The notes beneath the pieces are model-generated. The model saw only the letters and a list, made by a program, of their open reading frames with translations. It ran no database searches and had not been told where the DNA came from. The position numbers and the translations under genes are program-made. A DNA stretch of 63,828 bases, the filler included, from Trichomonas gallinae (Eukaryota): the NCBI GenBank assembly GCA_008369845.1. It is 8 parts of 8 records of this genome, joined end to end, with 100 filler letters (N's around TTAATTAATTAA, not from the genome) between each part and the next. Parts side by side here need not be neighbours in the genome. Positions count along the whole stretch, not along the records: positions 37,888 to 58,856 come from MRSU01001178.1; positions 58,957 to 61,054 come from MRSU01001183.1; positions 61,155 to 62,187 come from MRSU01001202.1; positions 62,288 to 63,828 come from MRSU01001212.1; 4 more parts are not named here. One strand, given 5' to 3'. Positions 57,260-63,828 of the stretch are shown one piece after another. The stretch's first letter is position 1. Each line of letters starts with the position of its first letter.

Positions 57260-57856
57260 ATGAGAGTTTCGGGTGACGGTGGGGAAATTCCGACATTCAA
57301 AGTCTGCATCTGTGGGGAAGAATCAGTTGGCAAAACTGCTCTCCTTAACAGATACGTTACTGGATCTTTTAACTCCGACTATAGACCAACAATTGCAGCA
57401 ACATTTGTTTCTTCTCAAGAAATTATTGATCATCAGGTTGTCGTATTAAATATCTGGGATACAGCTGGCCAGGAAAAGTACCAAAGTATGATGCCTCTTT
57501 ATCTTCGAAATGTTGAATGCGTTGTTTTAGTTTTTGATGTTACAAAAATTTCATCCTGGAAATATATAACTAAGTGGTATGAGAACGATTTTCCAAACTT
57601 ATTCCCTCGTCCCGTTCTGTTCATTTGTGCTAATAAATCAGATCTGGAGCCAGTTATTGATATGAACAGTACTGCCGAATGGTGTCAAAGGACAGAAATA
57701 CCATTATTCCAGACATCTGCATTAACGGGTTTGAATATTGCTCAGATATTCAAGAAAGTCGCAGGTGACTTGGAAGCTCAACACAAAGTCAAGAAATCAA
57801 CTCAGCATGCAAGCAAGATCAAAGAGAAAAATTCTAATTCTGAAGGTTGTTGTTAA
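57260..57856 (+). CDS. Rab family small GTPase
   Basis: GEESVGKT, PTIAATF, WDTAGQE, NKSD, TSA, C-terminal CC prenylation site. Confidence 0.93.
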   Translation: MRVSGDGGEIPTFKVCICGEESVGKTALLNRYVTGSFNSDYRPTIAATFVSSQEIIDHQVVVLNIWDTAGQEKYQSMMPLYLRNVECVVLVFDVTKISSWKYITKWYENDFPNLFPRPVLFICANKSDLEPVIDMNSTAEWCQRTEIPLFQTSALTGLNIAQIFKKVAGDLEAQHKVKKSTQHASKIKEKNSNSEGCC

Positions 57857-57936
57857 TTTTTTTTTTCTATTTGTTCTTGTAGATTTGAAATAATTTCTAG
57901 TGTTTGATAATTAAATAAAAGAAAACAAACAAATAT

Positions 57937-58476
57937 TTAGTAACCCAAAACAGTTTCTGGTTCTGTATATACGTCCTCAAAGAAATTAAACTCAGACGAG
58001 AAATCAAATGAGTTTTGATAGCAAGGAACTGGAGCTGGACTAGAGCTCTGAGGTGTAATTTTCTTTCTGTTCTGTTTCTTGCTTCCATTTCTTTGTCTTT
58101 GGATCATGTTCCATCTGTTCTTAAGTGCGATATCTGTTCTTCCTGGGAAGCATTTAAGAATCTGAGACCACTTCTTTCCATATTCGTTAATCAATTTTTC
58201 CAGTAATTCATCTTCTTGGATTGTGAATGGCTCTGCACGAAGGTCTGGGGAGAGAAATGTAGACCACCGCTCTTTAATCTGGCGTTTGTTGCGGTCTGGG
58301 AAGTATGTAATTATGAGATCAAGGTTTTCAATACCGTATGCAGTCACCAACTTTGTAAGGAGAGCATCTTCTTCTGGTGTGAAGCGCATCCTATGTGCAT
58401 GGACCTTGCATGATGTAGAGTGCTGGTATATTTTTGCTGTTTGGCTCTGTGTGATACTCATAAGAGATAATGACAT
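57937..58476 (-). CDS. R2R3 Myb DNA-binding protein
   Basis: FTPEED..L...RQIKERW..FLSP; FTIQEDELL...YGKKWSQI...FPGRTDIALKNRW. Confidence 0.93.
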   Translation of the reverse strand: MSLSLMSITQSQTAKIYQHSTSCKVHAHRMRFTPEEDALLTKLVTAYGIENLDLIITYFPDRNKRQIKERWSTFLSPDLRAEPFTIQEDELLEKLINEYGKKWSQILKCFPGRTDIALKNRWNMIQRQRNGSKKQNRKKITPQSSSPAPVPCYQNSFDFSSEFNFFEDVYTEPETVLGY

Positions 58477-58956
58477 TTTTGGGAGGTGTTAAAAATTGAG
58501 AGATAATGCCAGTTTTGGCAATATTAACACACAGTTTTTTCGTCAGCATTCAATTTTGTGAAGAAAAAACATGTCACAATGCCGGCAACGAGTCACTTTT
58601 CGGCAATGGACACTACACTATTTTGTCACCAAAATCAAGAAAAGTTTATGCCCATAGGAAAATAAAAAAGATCTTTTAATATTCAGACCAACATATTGTA
58701 GGTATTTATAGAAATATCTCCGGTAATATCTATAAATTTTCCTTGATTTGATTGAACAGAAGTATTTCAACTCGCTTTCTGGCTTTGTAATAAGATTTGA
58801 GAGCTCAAAGTTATAAAGTATCATTTTTATGTCCATCTGATTAATATATGTAAGTTNNNNNNNNNNNNNNNNNNNNNNNNNNNNNNNNNNNNNNNNNNNN
58901 TTAATTAATTAANNNNNNNNNNNNNNNNNNNNNNNNNNNNNNNNNNNNNNNNNNNN

Positions 58957-60200
58957 GCAAATTCCGGTTGCAACGCCTCCAGATTGAACATTGATCCATG
59001 TACTGGCACTTTGCCATGCACTGATGAAGGCTCCAACAGCTGCGAAGCGCACTTTTGCTGCTGCGCTGTCAAACCTTTCTTCATTGCTGTTTAAGAGCTG
59101 ATGGAACTTCTTTGTGAAATTTCTTTTGAGGCTAGATGCTAAACTCACGTCGAACAACTGCAGAACATGGCTTGGCCAAACAAGAACTTCAACATTGAAG
59201 TGCTTCAATAAAACCAGAGCAACTGTGCACTCGCGAGAATTGTGCCCATCCAACAATAAAAGAGCTTTGGCATGACGAATATCTTCAGGCAGTTTGGCAC
59301 GGTAATCACTGAGCCATTGTATGAAGTGCAAGACCCAGCCGAGAAACAGATCTCTTGTCATCCAACCTTTTGGAGATGAGCCGAACCAAGCAACTCCTGA
59401 TCTTTCATATCTCGAAAGCTCTGGCCGTGGTGTTTTGTTACCATTTAAGATGATAAATGGTGGTAACACAACTCAGCTGAAGTTAACACAGCACATTGCT
59501 GTCAAATGCGGGAGATCTGGTAGCCCTCGACTTATAACTTCACTCACATCATCTGGGACGACGGCTTTACCAGGTCGTATCTTGTTGACCATCGTTTCGT
59601 CGCAATTAAATAGTAACTCTGGAGGAATGCTTCGAATTAGCGCTTGATATCTTTCGAAAAAACTGATGATAATATCTCGGCTACATCCGAGATATCTTGC
59701 TGGATCAAGTTCCCGGCGGTATTTTAGCGAACACTGTAAACCTTCCAACATCTTGTTAACCCAGGACCTTGAGGGCGGATCAACATCATATTCATTTGTT
59801 TTGAGCATCAGATAAGGTGATTCCGTAAGTGCAAGGAATCGACATGCAATTTCTATTCGTCGTAATTTCAAACGGTGGGCTTCGTCACAAACGTCATATG
59901 GGTAAACTCACTGGTTGTCTTCATATGCTGTTTTGATGTATCTGGCAAGCTCTGATTGATCAGCAGGACATAGGTAGGGGAGAGCTCCACCTTCTGACCG
60001 TTTTCTCCAAGTATATCCGAGTGCAGAGTCTCTGCACGGAGATTACATGATTGGAAGAGATGTTGCTCACAATATCTGTTAAAGAAGTCTATCTGGATCT
60101 GGCAATATGTTCTTTTTTCAAAGACCCTTTTCCTTAGGATAAAAAGTTGCTCTTCTGAGAATCCATCTAGCGTGAGGAGGCCCCATACAGCTTCATTCAT
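58957..60200 (-). mobile_element. Decayed DDE_1 (pogo/CENP-B-type) transposase, 3' truncated by gap
   Basis: FNCDET, HLTAMCCVNFS*VVLPPFII, SPKGWMT, LLLLDGHNSR, VLQLFDV; in-frame TGA at 59475-73 and 59910-08; frameshift near 60050. Confidence 0.85.
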
Positions 60201-60987
60201 CCAAGTTGGGCCAGCGGTTTTCTTAAAATTTTTTTTCGAAAAATTTTCTCATAATTAGCATGTTAATACCATAACAAATATAATAGCAAAAGTATGTTTT
60301 CGACTTTTTTGAAAATTCTTCTTTTTTGCAAAATTTTTGATGATTTATACATAGAAATCATTAGAGATATCAATAAATAAAGAATTATGTTTTCGAAAAT
60401 TTTCATATCAAAATTTCAATTTGAAGAGACGGCTTGACAACCTTAATAATATATAATAATTATTGTGCTGAACAATTTTCCAAGAAAATAATTTTAGCAA
60501 ATCCACAAAAGTGACGCTGCTTCACGGCTCGTGAAAGCTCGTTACAATTCTGAATTCTATAAAAAATAAAAAATAATAAAAAGTGAAAAAGCATCTGATA
60601 AAAATCACGTCTGTATTATATTTATTGATTTCATAGTAAAAAAGCTAATTTAAAATTATATAAATATAAATAGGGATCTCGTTTGGCGCTAAAAGTGACG
60701 CTTTTGGGGCAAGGATTTTTCTTGTTTGGCGCAAAGTAAAGTGACAAAATGACCTATAAAGGGAAAGGTAGATTTTACTCAGTAGCTTATTACGAACAAA
60801 TGATGCCTTCTGGATTAGAGCCTCCTCCAGGTTTTACTTCTCTGATCGATAAAAATAAACATGTTATTTTTCGATGCAATCATAAAAAAAAATGATATGC
60901 AATTCAATTTCGGAATAGAAAATAGAACTTCTCCAAAACCTGTTGAAAGAAGCCCAATCCCAAGTGCTGGTTCTAGGGGAATTCTAC

Positions 60988-61047
60988 ATTTTCCCAAAAA
61001 GTGACAAATGGACTTAAAGCAGGGGTGTTGTCACTTTTAGGGAAAAT
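60988..61047. repeat. 20-bp inverted repeat (1 mismatch) built on AAAAGTGAC motifs, 20-bp spacer
   Basis: ATTTTCCCAAAAAGTGACAA (60988-61007) / TTGTCACTTTTAGGGAAAAT (61028-61047). Confidence 0.9.
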
Positions 61048-61501
61048 AAAAAATNNNNNNNNNNNNNNNNNNNNNNNNNNNNNNNNNNNNNNNNNNNNTT
61101 AATTAATTAANNNNNNNNNNNNNNNNNNNNNNNNNNNNNNNNNNNNNNNNNNNNGATTTATCTGAATCGCGTTTCAAAAAGCATTTCTCGCCAACGACAC
61201 ATATTCTTTTCGATTCCGTAATTTTCATTTACACGTAACTAATTAGCTCAGTTCAGAAGAAATTCTGTCCCAAATTCTCTGCAGCTCTTTCTATTGAGTT
61301 TTCGAAATTGCTTATTCCGATATATATATTATAATCCACGTTCTTTGGAAATTCTTCAATTCGGAATTAATTTACATCTCACCATGCTTATATTCTAAGA
61401 ATATTCTAAGTTAGATGACGGCGAAACACGGTTATTCATAAAAATCACAAATAAATCTCGAATCATCATTTCCAATGCGAAAAACGTCAGTGTCATCATT
61501 T

Positions 61502-61994
61502 GCTCTCAGTCTCAACAAGTGTAATGAGCCAGTGATGCTCTTGCACTGTTCGAGAAATAGAGCTGACACAGAGATTTTTCCCAGAATGAGATCAATTTGC
61601 CTTATGCATCAAAATATTTGACAACATATTCAGCGTCCAATATCGATGTGTCAGACATTGAATGGAGAATTTTTTTTCAAATTATTTCTCGATTTGTTTG
61701 AATTATCAATCTAATAATTAAAACACGATTGATTACATTTTTAAAACAGGACAAAATGTTTTATAATGTTAGTGTCCAATTTTATTATTAATAAATTTGT
61801 TCAAAAAATGATTTTAAATGAACTGTTTTTAAAACAGTGTGATATATGTATTTAAATAGTATGATATATATATTATAGAAGAACACACACATTTCGCAAA
61901 TTGATCTCATTCTGGGAAAAATCTCTGTGTCAGCTCTCATCCTTAACGAATGCAATGAATCACTGAGTTTCTTACACGCGTTGAGTATGAGAGC
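61502..61994. repeat. ~100-bp-arm inverted repeat with perfect 42-bp inner part
   Basis: 61559-61600 is the exact reverse complement of 61896-61937; degenerate pairing continues outward to 61502/61994. Confidence 0.95.
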
Positions 61995-62287
61995 TGATAA
62001 GAATCTTGTATTTTCAAGATAATCTTTTTACGATCTTGTATTTTCCAATTGCATATCGTAATCAATTCAATACCTTCCAATTGGGTTATATTGATTCGTT
62101 ACATCACATAGATCTAGAATATCAACTTTTTAAGCTCGTGTCAAATTATCTTCCAGCCTAACCGTTTATCTTCCAGGCCGTCAATTTNNNNNNNNNNNNN
62201 NNNNNNNNNNNNNNNNNNNNNNNNNNNNNNNTTAATTAATTAANNNNNNNNNNNNNNNNNNNNNNNNNNNNNNNNNNNNNNNNNNNN

Positions 62288-63828
62288 TGGTTGATGCTCT
62301 TGGAGAGAGCGTTCTTCATCTTCTCGATGAAGTCGTTGAGCTCAAGCATCTTGGAGCGGCCGATCTTGTTGAGGAGATCTCCGTACTTTTGCTTCCACTT
62401 CTTCGCTTCAGCAATGAGGGCGTTCTTGACGCCACTGCAGTCGATGACGATTGGTCCGACGCGTGTCTTCTCGACGATGTCTTCGATCTTGGATTCGAGT
62501 TCCATGAAGTTGTCCATCTTCTCCTTGATCTGGCGGATGGATGGGTTTGTTGCCTCGAACTCGCTGAATGACTTGTCGCCATCGTTCTCCCAAAGGAAGG
62601 AGTACACGTTGAATCCGCTGATGTAGTCATTGATGCGTGGGATGAACTCCTTCATCTTGTTTGTCATTGAGATGATAAGAGCGATTGTCGGGTAGTCGCG
62701 TGTGAGAGCGTTGAAGTAGTTCTTGGCACGGAAGTCCTGGTTCTGAGCAACTGCAAGACCAGCTGGTTCGCCGTCCTCGTCGACGTCGTGATCCTTCTCC
62801 TCTGTATGCTTCTCCGTCTTCTGCTGTTCTGGAGCAGATGGGAAGCGAGCGAGAACGAAGGTCTGGATCTCCTGTGTAGCGCGAAGGATGGAGCGGACGC
62901 CTTCATCGAGTGTCTTCTGGATGCCCTGGATGTCTGGAGAGAGGACAAGGTTTGGAACTTCTGGACGGAGCTCTGTGGAGAAGAGTGTTGGGTCTGTCTC
63001 CTTGGAAGCGTGAAGAGCTTCGCAGATGTCGTTCATTGAGTTCTTGAAGCACTTGACGACAGCACGGAATGTGATGTCTTCGTATGTCTTGAACATTGTC
63101 CAGACAAGGCTGCTTGTGACGATCATTGTGTTGTCCTCCTTGTTGTACTGGAAGAGCTGCTTTGGCTCTGACTTGCCATCATCGTCTTCCTTCTTAGGAT
63201 TGATGTCTGAGACTGTTGAGATGATGTTGATGATTTCGCAGACAGATGACTGGATGCCCTGGACACGAGCGTTGATGCGCTGGACAGCTTCGGCGGCGTG
63301 GTGTGTGATTTCGTCGATGAAATGCTGTGGGTCGGTGAGGTGGTTCTTGAACTGTGGGCAGAGTGGTGTGTCTGCGATTTCCTGGAGAGACTTGTTGATG
63401 GAGAATGTGCGGATATCGTTGACCTTATTGAGAACATCTTCAATCTGCGAGATCTTCTGTTTGAGTGTCTCAATGTAGTTGTCGATGTTGAGGGAAGACC
63501 ATGTGAGTGTCTGGCCACCTGGAGCTATCACAGCCTCGAGCTTCATCTGAGCATCGCGGAAGAGATCTGGGAATGTCTCTGTGATCTGATAGAGAATTGT
63601 GTCGTGGCGGACAAGGAGGTTCTGGAGCTCTGTGCGGCAGCGCTTGATGTGTGCTTCTTGTGAGACAAAGCTCTCAAACTGTGGTGGAAGGTCGAACTTG
63701 AAGCGGCAGAAGACGTTGGCCTCCTGGAAGATGCGGAGGACGTCGTGAGAGAAGTTGACTGTGAGAACGTGGTTGGAGTCCATCTTGATCAATGTATTCT
63801 GCATTTCCTTCTTAAGAAGGGCAGCATT
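62288..63828 (-). CDS. Axonemal dynein heavy chain, N-terminal tail fragment (DNAH5/8-like outer arm), truncated at both ends
   Basis: Frame open from the window end; VNFSHDVLRIFQE, PGGQTLTWSSLNIDNYIE, VLSPDIQGIQ, YSFLWE, VGPIVID...LIAEAKKWK. Confidence 0.88.

Noticed and set aside
61155..61500. Telomerase RNA, RNase P/MRP or group I intron identity for the structured elements
   Set aside because: No telomere template, CR-I/CR-V or P/Q/R/S consensus could be matched convincingly by eye.
1..63828. Spliceosomal introns, tRNA or rRNA genes
   Set aside because: No ACTAAC-N3-4-AG trichomonad-type intron 3' end or recognisable tRNA/rRNA sequence was seen by eye.

Overview
Eukaryotic, intron-free, AT-rich DNA from a trichomonad parabasalid (Trichomonas-like). 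The assignment rests on BspA-like LRR, DUF3447-type ankyrin, transmembrane cyclase-type and hydrogenosomal ASCT genes, TCACT initiators and AAAGTGAC promoter motifs. The window consists of 8 contigs joined by seven 100-bp artificial linkers (N~44-TTAATTAATTAA-N~44), so adjacency across linkers is unproven. About 30 intact or gap-truncated genes are present: RapGAP/RalGAP-like, TM cyclase-type, H2A, Tup1-like WD40, Qc-SNARE, FPL/CLEC16A-like, WNK-CCT-like, GOST 7TM, ankyrin, F5/8C, SCAMP, SAPS-like, BspA, ASCT, bromodomain, RPL19, Ig-like surface proteins, Ubc6, RhoGEF-Kelch, RasGAP-like, PIN/FAM120-like, hybrid histidine kinase, SCP phosphatase, Rab, Myb and dynein heavy chain. There are also three host pseudogenes and a dead DDE_1 transposase. 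The most unexpected signal is non-coding. Five intergenic loci (~290-610, 18530-18960, 28790-29350, 36480-37300, 61155-62187) carry long imperfect hairpins whose wobble pairs are mostly G-U on the + strand. Four of the five clearly share short sequence motifs. This suggests a dispersed family of structured RNAs or fold-back elements that I cannot assign to a known class. All folding and homology calls were made by eye.
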